DNA of 64,000 nt from Cladosporium halotolerans (Eukaryota), in contig NW_027191489.1 of NCBI RefSeq assembly GCF_011745625.1, forward strand, positions 62,001 to 126,000. The letters run 5' to 3'. The notes below the pieces were generated by a model that ran no database searches, was not told the DNA's origin, and saw nothing but the letters and a program-made list of their open reading frames with translations. A program made the translations under genes and the position numbers. Of this stretch, positions 12,154 through 24,701 are shown in pieces (position 1 is the stretch's first letter; every line of letters starts with the position of its first letter).

Positions 12154-14086
12154 CTAACTGCGGCTCGCTCTCAGCTCCGCAACCTCTTGTGTGAGAGCCT
12201 CGATCTGCCTGCCCTGCGCCTGCAGCATACCTCTAATCTCACCCAGGACCTCCTTAAGGCCGCCAGCGGCGCTCGAAGCGCTTCTCGACGGCGCGGCGCT
12301 CTCGGTGCTCGTGGGCTCGGCGGGCTGGCTGCTAGAAGGCACTCTAGAAGCGGGCTCAGGCGCAGGAGCGGAAGTCGTGGTGGTGGGAGTGGGAGCCTTC
12401 TCCTTCTCCTGTTGCATGGGCGGGGTGCTGACACCAACCTTCTCCTCCTGTTTGGCGGCGATGATGTTTGCGGGGCGCTCGACGGGCTTCGCAATTTCCT
12501 CGAAGGGGCTGGAGGGCTCCTCGTCGTCGGAAGACTCGGCGTCTTTGTCAGCGAACTTGTTGGCCATGTCTGACATGGACTGCTGGTTGTCTTTCATTGA
12601 GGGGATCTCGCGAGGGGTGGAGGCGGGCTGGGGCGACTCGTTTTTGGGTGTAGCGGCGGCGGGAGCAGCAGCAGGGGCGGGGGTGGGAGCGGCCATTGTC
12701 TTCGCGGGGGCAGCCTTGGGAGCTTCTTCAGCGGCGTATTCCTTGGGCGCCTGGCCCTCGTGGAGGTCGCCCATGTCGACCTTGGCCGGGCGTGCGGTCT
12801 TGCCTTGCAGCCACTCAGAGCTGGTCATGGCGGGCTTGAGGCCGGTGGCGGGAGGGTAAATGTCGTCCTGGAAGACTTCCGCGCGTCTTGGCACGACGAA
12901 AGAGATAGGCTCGATGTATTGGTCGTTGACGGTCTTGTAGGCGCGCATGACTTCGTTGGCGTGCGTGTTGACGCCGCGCTTGGGCATGAAAGCCAGGCCG
13001 CGCTGCGGCTCCGGTGACTTGTACTCGCTCAGCGGCTCGAACTTGTCGTTCTCGTACTCGTAGTAGCGGATGTTGCCGTCTCCCTTGCCAGCAAGGTAGA
13101 GCATCTGGCTGCCATCGTCCCAGAAAGGCATGCAGATACCGGACTGCGAGTCGAGGTAGGTGAAGTCGCCGCCGACGGGCGTGGTCGGGTTGCGAGGGTC
13201 CCAAAGACCAAGCTGGCGGTCGCTCATCTTGCTGAAACCGGTGCTGGCAACACGGTCATGGTCGCCGAGCCAGACGACTCTGCTGCTCTTTGCACCGCTG
13301 TGTCCAGCAACGACGTGGGCAGGCTTCTCTTGGCGAACGTCCCAGAAGCGCAGCTTCTTGTCGCGGGACGAGGTGACCAGCATGTTGCCCTCGGAGCTCC
13401 ACGACAGCGATTGGACCATGTCGGCGTGCTTAAGAGTCAACTTGGCTTGCCCATCTTCCAGGTCCCACAGCTTGACGGTGTAGTCTCCAGATGAGGACGC
13501 AAGGACATTCTCGGCGGCCGGGTTGAAGAGCACGTGGCCAACCTTCCTGTCAGGTGTCAGCCCTGATTTCAAGACGGATGCGCTCTTTCGCAGCCTCTCC
13601 TACCTTCCGTGTCCGCTCAACTTGCCCACCGGCGAAACATCCTCCGGCTCCTCCGCATCAGTGCGCAGGGTGAAGTTCTCCGGCACCTTCCACAGGAACA
13701 CCTTTCCGTCGTCACTTGCACTGGCAACGATGTCGTCGTTGAAAGGACTCCAGTCGTGGTCCAGCACGGCCGCAGTGTGTCCCCTGAACAAAGGCATGAC
13801 CTCCGGCAGCTTCCCGCGCTCCTCCAGAGGGATGACGGCGAATGCGCCGCCGCCAGACGCCTCCCAGTTGACGGACAGGTATTTGGGGTTGCATTTCACG
13901 AGGTTGGTGTCCCAGGCGTTCTTGCTGATGCGGAGGTTGTCGTAGCATTGCTCGCGTCGACTCGGCTGTCCGAAAACGTGCCCTGTTTGCCGTGTGGTCA
14001 GTATGCGATCTGGCATGCGATCACGAGGGGGTTGGTGGGATGGTGGGCTTACGGTACTTGGACGCTCTGACGAAACGACCAGACAT
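12154..14086 (-). CDS. CRN1: Coronin (3 exons)
   Basis: N-terminus MSGRFVRASKY|RHVFG, WD40 repeats, GKGDGNIRYYE, PISFVVPRR and a C-terminal coiled coil. Introns at about 13983-14052 and 13546-13603. Confidence 0.96.
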
Positions 14087-14783
14087 TTTGAAGGCGAGCG
14101 ATGCAGCGGGTCTGGTGTGAGGTGTATTGGCACTTGCGACAAGAAGCAGCGACAGATGCAGCGGAGGTCAATTGTAGACAATGGATCTGGGATGTCCGTC
14201 CCGACTGCGGTATGCGGTAGGGCACAGCCCGGCTCCGACTGCCACCAGCTGTCCTACGCCCGGCCTGTGCGTTCTGCCAGTCCTTGTCCCTGTCGGCTGC
14301 CGCCTCAGCGCCTGTGGGCCTGACGAATGCGCGCTAGCGTCGCGACATGCAGGGACGAGCTTCACCTCTGTTTTGGCCGTCTGCTCTTCGTTTCATCACT
14401 GACACCTCCAACACCCTCATATCATCATCCTGCATCGGATGACGCTATGCCCAAGACTCGCATGCTTCGGTGTGGTCTCAGCCGAGTTCCGCTTGCGTCT
14501 CCATCGATCGTCCCCCTCTCCGCACCCAACCCCGGCCAGTACGCTGCGGGGAAGGGTAAATATTGCTATCGCCATATCATTCATCATGTAGCCATGGTAG
14601 CATCGCCTCTCACTGTTTAGCCAAGCTTTCGCGCGATGTCACTTCGAAATTGTATGCATCCAGGTATAAGTATTCTCTTGGCCTTCTCTTGACTCCCGGT
14701 CACTGTCGACATCAAGCCCTATAGATTGTTAGTTGGTGCATTCGCAGTGCGGATAAACTGTGAAGCCTTTCACTCCGCACAAG

Positions 14784-17372
14784 ATGCTTCCTTTCAATTT
14801 TCTCATAGGTCTTTTACCGATTTGCCTGGCTCAAGAAGGCCTTGTCATCAACCCCAAAAATGCCGACGACAACGGCAATGGCGAAGACCGTGGTTCCCTC
14901 ACGCTGGACATTTCGGACTTGGTCGACAATCGCGCCTTTGCAATGTCGCCTGGTGATGCAAACTTCGACGGCATGCACTCCGGATACCCAGCTCAGTACC
15001 TGCCCGCCTCAGAACTGACCTATTCTGGGGTGAAATACAATTTCCCGCAATATCGCCAATCGGGGAACGACAATGTACTGGCACAAGGCCAGATCATCAC
15101 TCCTGCGAAGGGCCGATATGTCAGCGTCCACATCCTCGCAGCAGCCGAGTCGGCCATTGCCACGGGTTTCGTTAATACCACCTACGCGGACAATTCGACA
15201 GCTTCTAGTCCCATCCTTATCGATCCCTACAAAGATTGGCCGTATCCCTACGGTGGCGACCTGATCTTCCCTTACACGCTTACTAACAGCAGCATTGACT
15301 TCAACAGATCTATGATCTTTCAAAGCGTCGTCTGGCTGGATTCAAGTAAAGAACTCACTAGCTTGCAGCTTCCGAATGTCACTTCTGGTGCGGCTGGAGA
15401 CCCCGGTGGAGCTTCCGAAGAAACTAGATTGCATATCTTCGCAGTAACTCTGGTTCCTGCAACTAGCTCAGGCATCGCTTTGGAGGTCCAGTACGCTCGG
15501 TCCACTCAGATGTGGATGGAGGGAACCAATAAGACTCAGATCGTGGAAGCCGTCATCAACAATGTTGGCGAAGATTGGATCTTGGCCAACAACAGCGTTC
15601 GGGTCACTGTCGACTCACCTGGATTGACGACTGTTGAGCCTGGAGTGATCAACCGTCTGAGACCTGGAGACCAAGCTCGTGTCCAGGTGGGCGTCATCAA
15701 CGTCAACGGGACAACTGCTGGCACTCAGGGACAGGCGACTCTAAACGTCCTTGGCCGTGGAGTCAAAGCTACTCATTCCTTCAACGCTACATATGGTATA
15801 TCATCATACGATGCATCATACGAAAGTATTTACGGCCATGAGAGCCCCACCTGGTTTGGTCAGTCTGGGAAATACGGCATTTTCATCCACTGGGGAGTCT
15901 ACGCTGTACCCGGTTGGGGCAATAGCGGTGACAATGGTCAGTTCCCGTATTTACTCGTTAGTGTCCAATACTGACGGTTACACAGAGTCCTATGCAGAAT
16001 GGTACTGGTGGAGTCAGAATAACGGCCCTGGGAACAAGGACCAAACATACGAATATCACCTTGAGACCTACGGTCCGGACGTGGTATACGACGACTTCAT
16101 ACAAAATTTCACCGCCTCAGTGTTTGACCCAAAAGCATGGGTTGACCTTTTCGCGGATGCTGGCGCACAATACTTTGTGCAAGTTTCCAAACACCACGAT
16201 GGCTATGCGATATTCGATCTACCGAGCAATGTGTCAAACAGAACCAGTGTTGCGCTGACGCCTCACCGGAATCTACTCAAAGAGATCTTCGATGCTGCTG
16301 ATCAGTATCAACCGCATCTCCATAAGGGAACGTACTATTCATTGCCAGAGTGGTTTCATCCGGACTACAAGGAGTACGGATTCGGGTCATGGTATGTCCC
16401 ACCGCGAACACGAAAGCATCAAGGCAGACAATCTGACCGTCCAACAGGCCCGGCGGCAACGCGACCAATACTTACACTAACGAGTCCCTCACATACGAAG
16501 GCTATGTCTCCGTAGACGACTACTTGACTGACATCATCTTGCCCGAAATGCAAACTCTGGCCGACATGGGCACGGAAATCATGTGGTGCGATATCGGCGG
16601 ACCGAACCTCACAGCCGAATTCGCAGCATCCTACTTCAACGACGCCGCAGCTCGAGGCAAACAAGTCCTGCTGAACAATCGATGCGGTCTCCCCGGTGAC
16701 TTCGACACGCCCGAGTACGCACGCTACGATGCCGTCCAAGTCCGCAAGTGGGAAAGCAACCTGGGCATGGACCCCTACAGCTATGGCTACAACCGCGCGA
16801 CGCCCGAAGAAGCATATATCAAGCCCGGCGAGATTGTCACAAGCCTGGTCGACATCGTGTCAAAGAACGGAAACTTTCTGCTGGACATCGGACCTACGGC
16901 CAACGGCACGATTATCGAGATTGAACAGAGAAACCTCCGCGCAGCAGGTGCCTGGATCAAAGACCACGCTGAAGCCATCTTCAACACCACATACTGGGCC
17001 ATCACGCCGGAAGAGGGTCAGGCCGTGCGCTTCACGCAAAACGCGGACGCTTTCTACATTACGGCGCTTTACCCACCCAACGGCACGCTCGTGCTCGATT
17101 CGCCGGTCCCATACGTCGGCGGCGATCAAGTTACGGTTGTGGGTGGAAACCGCAGTGGAGAGGTTGTTCCCTCGAAGCTTCTCGGTAACGGCAGTCTCGG
17201 ATTGACTATCAGTGAGGAAGTCAGAGATGCAGACCAGTATGCTTGGGTGTTTAAGATCGGGTTCGGCGGTGTTGACACGGTGAATGGCACGAACAGCACA
17301 CCGAGTGCCACGGGACAGCCTGTTGCGGAACAGACTACTAGTAGTGCAGGGCAGACGGGTCCGCTTCTCTGA
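14784..17372 (+). CDS. Secreted alpha-L-fucosidase, GH29 (introns about 15937-15985 and 16392-16447)
   Basis: Signal peptide, KYGIFIHWGVYAVP, YAEWY, KHHDGY, IMWCD nucleophile region and SKNGNFLLDIGP. Confidence 0.93.
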
Positions 17373-18231
17373 TTGATGCTATGTCTGTTCGCAGCCACTA
17401 TGTTGCTTGTTTAAGTCCCGGCGGCGAATGACCTGGCATGAGCTATCGATGACCCCCAACTTAAACGCTCGAAAAGCTGTTTGTTGGAATGCGACGAAAG
17501 AAAATGTCAAAAATTGCAGTCGAAACAGAAATGAATCTTGGTCATTGCCGTTGACGTCGTTTCTAGACTTCGCTAAACGGGTACGTGACTGCCCACACGC
17601 GAGATAGTTCTTGGCCTCATTGACTAGTCAGCTCTTGGTTGCAATTCGCGCATCGATGATGTCAGATATTACCTGGAAGAAATTATATCCAGGCGCTGCG
17701 AGATTCCAGGAAGACGCATGTGCAGTCTGCCCAGGTCTTAGTCTCAAGCTCGACATCCAAGTTCTAACGTTTGACTGGCGATGCCAGAGCCATGGGTTGG
17801 CATTGGCTCGGTAAACAACCTGAGCATGGCAGAAACCACTAGTATAGGGTTCGAGAAGATACGAGACGATCAATGCAATTCAGCCTGCTGGCATGAAATT
17901 CCAAGGTAGCCTTCGCGCTCGTCACAAATGCACCCGAACGACACACGGGCCCACATCTCCCCCGCGCTGATCGGAACGCACTCTGTGGAGACCCCAGAGC
18001 CTCCGTCGACGTCGCCACGGCCCGCCATGTCGAAACGGTCCTAAACCAAAGACTTGGCATGAACTATCACTAATGCCTGAATACGAAAGTTATCCCGGAC
18101 TGCGCCCACATCCCGATCTACGAGGATCGGCATTCTGCCCTTTTGAGTGCCGAAACCTGCCACAAGGATACTTAAAGAACAACACGAGCACGACATGATG
18201 GAGGATTCTGTAGCTCCATTGTCACTGCAAA

Positions 18232-20259
18232 ATGCAGCTCCTTTCATCTTTGGCGCTTGCGGCGTCAGCCACAGCCGCTGTCATTCCTTCCAAGCTCCAC
18301 TTGACCGCGCGGCAGGAATCTGCTGTGAACGAGGGTTATGTCTTTGCCTACTTCACGGGCAACTCGATAGAAGGCGAGAACATCTTCCTCGCAGCCAGCA
18401 ACGGCAACAATGCCCTTGATTGGCAGGAGCTTAATGGCGGCGAGCCAATCTTGACTTCGACTGAGGGCACTCGCGGTCTACGCGATCCATTCTTGATCAG
18501 TGTAAGGCGTTCGACTTCCAAAACCATCCAAATCGATTTCTGACATATCTCGCAGTCCCCAGACGGCGGAACCTTCTTTTTGCTGGCCACAGACTTATCT
18601 ATTGGCTCTGGGACGTCTTGGGATACAGCAGTCCGCAACGGTAGCCGGTATCTCGAAATTTGGGAGTCTAACGATTTAGTCACTTGGTCTGAGCAGCGCC
18701 ACGTTCTGGTCTCTCCACCCACTGCTGGCAACACTTGGGCTCCGGAGGCGTACTACGACACTAGCATCGGAGAGTATGTTGTCTTCTGGGCTTCTTCCCT
18801 ATACGAAGAAGACGACACCGCACACGCAGGTACCACTTACCACCGTATGCTGTACGCTACTACTCAAGATTTTGTCACTTTCAGCGAGCCCCAAGTCTGG
18901 CAAGATGCCGGTACTGCCCGCATTGACTCCACGGTCCTCAAGGAAGGTGACCTGTTCTACCGTTTCACCAAAGATGAGGGTGGCGTTACCGGATGTACCG
19001 ACATTATCCAAGAGAGCTCTCCTGATCTCCTGGCGCAATTGAACGGCTGGGAGATCGTGGCCTCCTGCATCGGCCGCGATGCCGGCGCACAAGCAGTCGA
19101 GGGACCAACAGCCTTCAAGTCGAACCCGGACGACGTGAACGGTGAGAAATTCTACCTCTTCGTCGACGAGTACGGCGGCAGAGGCTACATCCCACTCGAG
19201 ACTGCCGACATCGCCAATCCCAACTGGACCTTGTCGAGCTCATACAACCTCCCTGGCGCCCCACGACACGGCACAGTCCTGCCAGTCACCGCCGCTCAGC
19301 TCGCTACAGTCACCGGTGCCCATGCCAAGCGCTCTCTGCACAAGCGCAGCACGCTCATCCCAGGCCTTTACGCCGATCCCAACATCGCCTCATTCAACGG
19401 CAAGTTCTACATTTACGCAACAACCGATGGCTTCGCTGGCTGGGGCGGCAACCAATTCTTCGTCTGGTCATCCGACAATCTCGTTGACTGGGTTCGCTCC
19501 GAAGAGCCCTTCCTCACGCTCAACGGAACCGACGGCAACGTGCCATGGGCCGTTGGAAACGCCTGGGCACCAACAATCGCCGAGAAAGACGGCAAATACT
19601 ACTTCTACTTCAGCGGGCAGAACCCTCAGTACGACGCCAAGACGATCGGCGTCGCAGTCGCAGACTCACCAGAAGGGCCCTTCACCGCGCAAGAGACAGC
19701 GATGATCACAAACCAAGAAGCCATCACAACCGGCCAAGCAATCGATCCCGACGCCTTCCTCGACCCGAAATCGGGCAAGTACTACTTCTACTGGGGCAAC
19801 GGTAGTCCGCTTGTGGCTGAGCTCGGCGACGACATGGTATCGATCCAAGCCGACACAACGGTCGAGATCTCAGGCCTTGAGGACTTCCGCGAGGGCCTGT
19901 TCATGGTTTACCGCGAGCCGTACTACCACCTCACGTATTCCATCGACGACACTGGCAGTGAGAACTACCGTGTCGGATACGCCACGGCGGATAGTCCTAC
20001 TGGTCCGTTCACGTACCGGGGTGTGATCCTGCAGAAAGACGTTGATCAGGGAATCTTGGCTACTGGCCACAATTCGGTTCTAAATGTCCCCGGCACGGAT
20101 GATTGGTACATTGCCTACCACCGTTTCAACATCCCCGATGGTGATGGCACGCACCGCGAGACGACCATTGATAAGCTTTTCTTCGACGAGGAGACCGGGT
20201 TGATTCAAAATGTGGTGCCGACTGTGAACGGTGTTTCTGAGCCGGTGGCTTGTCAGTGA
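18232..20259 (+). CDS. Secreted protein with two tandem GH43-like beta-propeller domains (arabinofuranosidase/xylosidase-type; intron 18502-18555)
   Basis: Signal peptide. Domain 1 has RDPF, WAPE, IDST, EGPT and PRHG; domain 2 has ADPN, WAPT, IDPD, REG and TGHNS. Confidence 0.92.
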
Positions 20260-20516
20260 GTTGAATGCTCAGCTGCGGACTGCCGACCATGGCATTTAAC
20301 GTTGCCAACGAGAAATGAAATTTGTGACATTCTGATCCTGAACGCATATCTTCCATCGTACTTCGATTGCTAACGTGAGATAATGAAGGACCTAGACGCA
20401 GCCACTCGCCGGTTCATAACTGTCCACCTGCGGCACTTTAGCTGCCTGTAACCGCCGCCGAGCCTCAGCCTCCACAAGCGGCGACAGGTCACTTTTCAAC
20501 TAACAGTGCATCTCAA

Positions 20517-21310
20517 TTAGCATGTCGGCAACTTCGAGAGCAATCCTTGCGCTCCGCGGCAGTTAGCCGTGGTTGAGACCTTCGAAGAACTCCCGCTGCC
20601 CTTCGTGACACCCTTGTACTCCTGGCACACCTTCTTAGAAACACCGCAGGAGCCGCTGATGGTAGCCGTATCGCCATAGTTGGAGTTGATGCCCACGAGG
20701 TCGGAGGTAACGCCATTGACCTTGATGTTGCTGATCACGACGTTGCGCGGGCCTCCGTTGTTAGTGCAGTCGCCGCAGCTGCGGTAGACCTTGCCGACAC
20801 CGACGAAGGTCGCGTCCTTGATGGTCACGGTTCCGCGGCCGTTGTGCTGGACGACTTTGTCTTTCGCGGCGTTGGCTCCGCCGCCCTGCCAGAGGACGTT
20901 GCCAGTTCCGAGAGCTGAGACCGCGTCTGAGTAGTCGATGTCAGCTTTTGCGATGCTTTGGATAAATACGAATCGAGGAAAACCTCACCTTCGCAGACGT
21001 CACGGAACCAAACGTTCTTCAGAGTGCATGCACCCTTGCAGTGGATGCCCTCCAGTTGCCTGGCGCCGATGATAACGTTGGAGATCGAAGCGCCATTGTT
21101 GAGAATGAACACCGCGCTCTCATCGCCCGTGTCAGCGTCGGTGTCGCAGTCACGACCGCGATCAAACTCCTTGTTGCCGAAGTCGACGCTACCGGAAATG
21201 ACAGACGGCGAAGAGAGCGAGATGATCGACCCAGAGCGAGTGGGGATGTTGAGGGTTTGAGCGGCCGAAAAGGCTGCCAAAGAGGCGAGAAGAGCAGTGG
21301 TGTACAGCAT
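20517..21310 (-). CDS. Secreted pectate lyase, PL3 (intron about 20927-20987)
   Basis: Signal peptide, EGIHCKG.CTLKNVWFRDVCE|DA, DKVVQHNG and GKVYRSCGDC motifs. Confidence 0.95.
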
Positions 21311-21615
21311 TTTGGAATGGGATTTCGGCTTGTTGGAGAATCTTGCTTGAGGATCTGTTCTTTGAGGGGAGGTGGTATTCTATGGTCGTATTTATATCGT
21401 TTTCCTGACCGCCTGCTCGCTCTTCTAGAGTCCAGATGTTCCAACTGCCATGTGCCTATCCCCAATCCAGCACGGAGACATTGCTGTCGTCCTACGAGCA
21501 TCGTCGTTAGTTGATTAATTTTGGCTTTCTGTCGTACTATGTAGCGGAGAATTCTCTGTCCGTAAGTCTTGACCTTTGTTGACTATACCATCTGTCGATG
21601 GTGGCTAAGGGTTTG

Positions 21616-21623
21616 ATTGGTGG
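21616..21623 (-). promoter_or_regulatory. Possible galacturonic acid-responsive element (CCNCCAA core) upstream of the pectate lyase
   Basis: CCACCAAT on the PL3 sense strand about 310 nt upstream of the ATG. The motif is short and could occur by chance. Confidence 0.35.
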
Positions 21624-22965
21624 GATGCAGTTGTGCCGTTTCAGATTTATGGTTGTGAGGAGGTGGCGGGCCAAGGCCCGGTGACAAAAGATGTAAGCAG
21701 TTTTATGACCGAAGCTCGGTATGCCGAGCTAACGCCCTGAAAGCACTTTTAGGTTAGGTGTGCAGAAGTAGTAAGAGTATGGCTTGTGGCTGGAAGTTGA
21801 CCAGGGTACATGCTGCATGCGTCCGATGACAGACGCGAAAAATTAGATATGCTGCCGCTAACTGGAGCGAGCTGACTGCATAGGCCGCCACAGTTTGACT
21901 TGAAAGACGCAGCATATGCATGGGTGACGATAATCCGGGGTTTCATGTCCAAATCGAACACGGGCCTGCTGTCACTTCTTCACCATGGGCCAAGCCTGAG
22001 ATTTGAGTGGCTGTATTCAAGCCAGCTGAGATGATAATACAATCCCTCTCAACGATGCGATGTTGTCAAGCTCATAAGCCTCTTGGTCAGTCTGACGCCT
22101 GCGGTTGTTCATATGATACGCCAGTTGGTTAGACGCCCCTTTTTCTCCGAGGTCGAATTCTCCGCTCTCACAGCCTCGGCCTCACCTTCGACGCACCAGC
22201 CATGTTTTTCGTCCCGCTGTCTAGCGCGGCGCCAGACCAATGGATCTTTCCGCATCGATGCCCCTGTCCTTGGTAATGCCACCGCTAAATTGGTAGATGC
22301 TCTTCCTATCGACATAGCCGTCGATGTAGCTGGGCTCCCCAGCCAAAGGACGGACAATCGTTTGGCAGTCGACGCTGCAGACGTCCCTGTCCGTGGCGAA
22401 CCAATCTCTGGTGGCATCGATGCCCTTCCCGCTGGCATCGCAGTCGATCTCACTGTCGTTCCCGGGGAGCGCTCCATGGGTCCTAATTTCGGTAGTCTCA
22501 GTATTGATCTCGCGGAACTCGTCTATTGAGCTGGGGATTAGTGGTGCGGGAGTCGACATCAAGCGGAAGAGTTTCACTGCCTAGAGATATTGCTTTGCCT
22601 CAGACCGAATCTTCGTATGTCGTGGAAACGCAAGTGGAACAGCGGCCAGATAGTTCTGAAAGCAAGCGTGTGGCGAGGCTAATACTAGGTCCTCATTGAC
22701 TGAGAGTTGGATCCCAAGTGTTGGACAGCATCATAATTATGTTTGGGAAGTCGGAGTACAACGACCAGCCCGGTGCACATGTATTTGAGACACCTTTCTG
22801 TCAGTTCTACTCGAAGCTTGGACAGCTAAATCTCAGTCAGATAGATCCCAAAGAGGCGTACCTTCTTCTAAAGTTGCATTGCCCACAAGCAGGCTGTCCA
22901 TCGGAGGAGACACATAGAATCAGCTCGGAGAACCCAACTGGCCTCCATTTCACCCCATTGACACA

Positions 22966-24246
22966 TCACTTGCCCTCAGGCCTCCTCAACGCATCCGCCT
23001 CTCTGGCACACTGCTCCGCCATCTCCTCCTGCTCATCTGTCTTGCAAACCAGCACCTTCTTGCCCTCGCCACCCTCCTTACTAATCTCCTCCACAACCTC
23101 CTTGCCAACCTTCCCATTCTTCGCGCCATCAACCTCAAATCCCAAACACTGAACCTTCCTCCCGACCGCCTCCCTCAGCTGAACACCATGCTCACCAATT
23201 CCACCCGCAAAAACCAACGCATCCACCTTTCCCTCCAACTTTACAAAATACGACCCAACATACCCCACCAGACGATCCACAAAAACCTCAAACGCCAATT
23301 TCGCCATCTCATCCCCCTTCTCCGCCTTCGCACTCACCTCGCCGAAATCCGTCGTCCCCGCCAGCGCCTTCCACCCACTCTCCTTGTTCAGAATCTCCTC
23401 CGCGCGCGTGACGTGCAATTCCTTCGAGCTGCCAGGCGAAGGCTGGCCGGCGTCGTGCGTGAAGTGAAAAATCAAGCTGGGGTCGACGTCGCCGCTGCGA
23501 GTAGCACCTGGCAAGCCCGAGAGGGGCGTGAGTCCCATGGTCGTGTCGAGGGACTTGCCGTTGCGGATAGCGCAAGCGGAGGCGCCGGAGCCGAGGTGCA
23601 GGGCGATGATGTTGAGATCTTCCTGCGGTTTCTGGAGGTGGGAAGCGACGGTGCGGGCGATGTAGGCATAGGAGAGGCCGTGGAAGCCGTATTTGCGGAG
23701 TTTGTTCTGTTGGGCCTTCGCGGGGTCGATCATGTAGGTGCGTGCTGGGGCGGGGATGGAGGCGTGGAAAGCGGAGTCGAAGAAGGCGATGTTGGAGGCC
23801 TTTGGGACTGAGGCGTGGACGGCCTTGACGATCTCGAGGGCGCCGGCGTTGTGTAGGGGCGCGAGAGCGGACAGGGCCTCGAGGTGGTGGTAGGTGTCGC
23901 GGTCGATGCGGGTGGGCTTGTCGTAGTCGCCACCGTGGACGATGCGGTGGCAGGCGAAAGCGATGTCATCCGGGTGCTTGAGTTCCTCGAGGTCTGGGTC
24001 AGAGGTGAGGTGTTCGAGGATGGACTTGAAAGCATCTTGGGCGTTGGAGATGTTGTCGATTTTTTTCCCCTTCGCGACGGAGGTCGAGCCACGGGAGTAG
24101 GTGAGCGCCACTGGAGGTGCTGTGAGGCCTGCGATCGAGATGGAGGCTAATTGTTTGGGCGGCGAAGAAGAAGATGGGTTAAAGGTGTAGACAGAGACTT
24201 TCACTGAGGAGGAGCCAGCATTGATAGAGAGGATAATTTGGGACAT
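22966..24246 (-). CDS. ackA: Acetate kinase (intronless)
   Basis: ILSINAGSSSVK, HRIVHGG, LAPLHN, FDSAFH, YGFHGLSY, HLGSGAS, ATRSGDVDP and FAGGIGE motifs. Confidence 0.96.
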   Translation of the reverse strand: MSQIILSINAGSSSVKVSVYTFNPSSSSPPKQLASISIAGLTAPPVALTYSRGSTSVAKGKKIDNISNAQDAFKSILEHLTSDPDLEELKHPDDIAFACHRIVHGGDYDKPTRIDRDTYHHLEALSALAPLHNAGALEIVKAVHASVPKASNIAFFDSAFHASIPAPARTYMIDPAKAQQNKLRKYGFHGLSYAYIARTVASHLQKPQEDLNIIALHLGSGASACAIRNGKSLDTTMGLTPLSGLPGATRSGDVDPSLIFHFTHDAGQPSPGSSKELHVTRAEEILNKESGWKALAGTTDFGEVSAKAEKGDEMAKLAFEVFVDRLVGYVGSYFVKLEGKVDALVFAGGIGEHGVQLREAVGRKVQCLGFEVDGAKNGKVGKEVVEEISKEGGEGKKVLVCKTDEQEEMAEQCAREADALRRPEGK

Positions 24247-24701
24247 CTTGACGGGATTCTGGAGTACAAGATTGTTCAACCCGAGCGGAATGTTTGGTTG
24301 ATGAGAGCAATTAGGGCAGATATTTATTTCCCGGCTGAAGAGCGTTCGTCGATGCAATGAGGGTCTGATTAATGGAGAATGAAGGGAAACTGATTTTCTG
24401 GACCAACGTCTTACAGATTGAAATCACTTACCTCAGAATGCCCACCCGCATGATCTAGAGCTCCAGCTGTGACGTGTGAAGTCAGCGTTGATGCAGCAAA
24501 AGACGGCAGGGCAGCTTGAAGCTCCGCCAGGATCCGGCCGATCGCTGCAGATCCCGCCCGCCTACCACCCAGAGGCGATCTGCGAACGAACCGCATAGCG
24601 CTTGCGCAATAATACGAAAAAGCTTTGTCGGGACGATTCATGGGAGCCACGTGCGAATGATTGGGTATCATTGTAAGCTTTTGCAGCGTCATTGGTACAG
24701 G

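Noticed and set aside
22966..24357. Longer N-terminus for acetate kinase
   Set aside because: The extension begins at a non-ATG codon and family homology starts at MSQIILSINAGSSS (24246).
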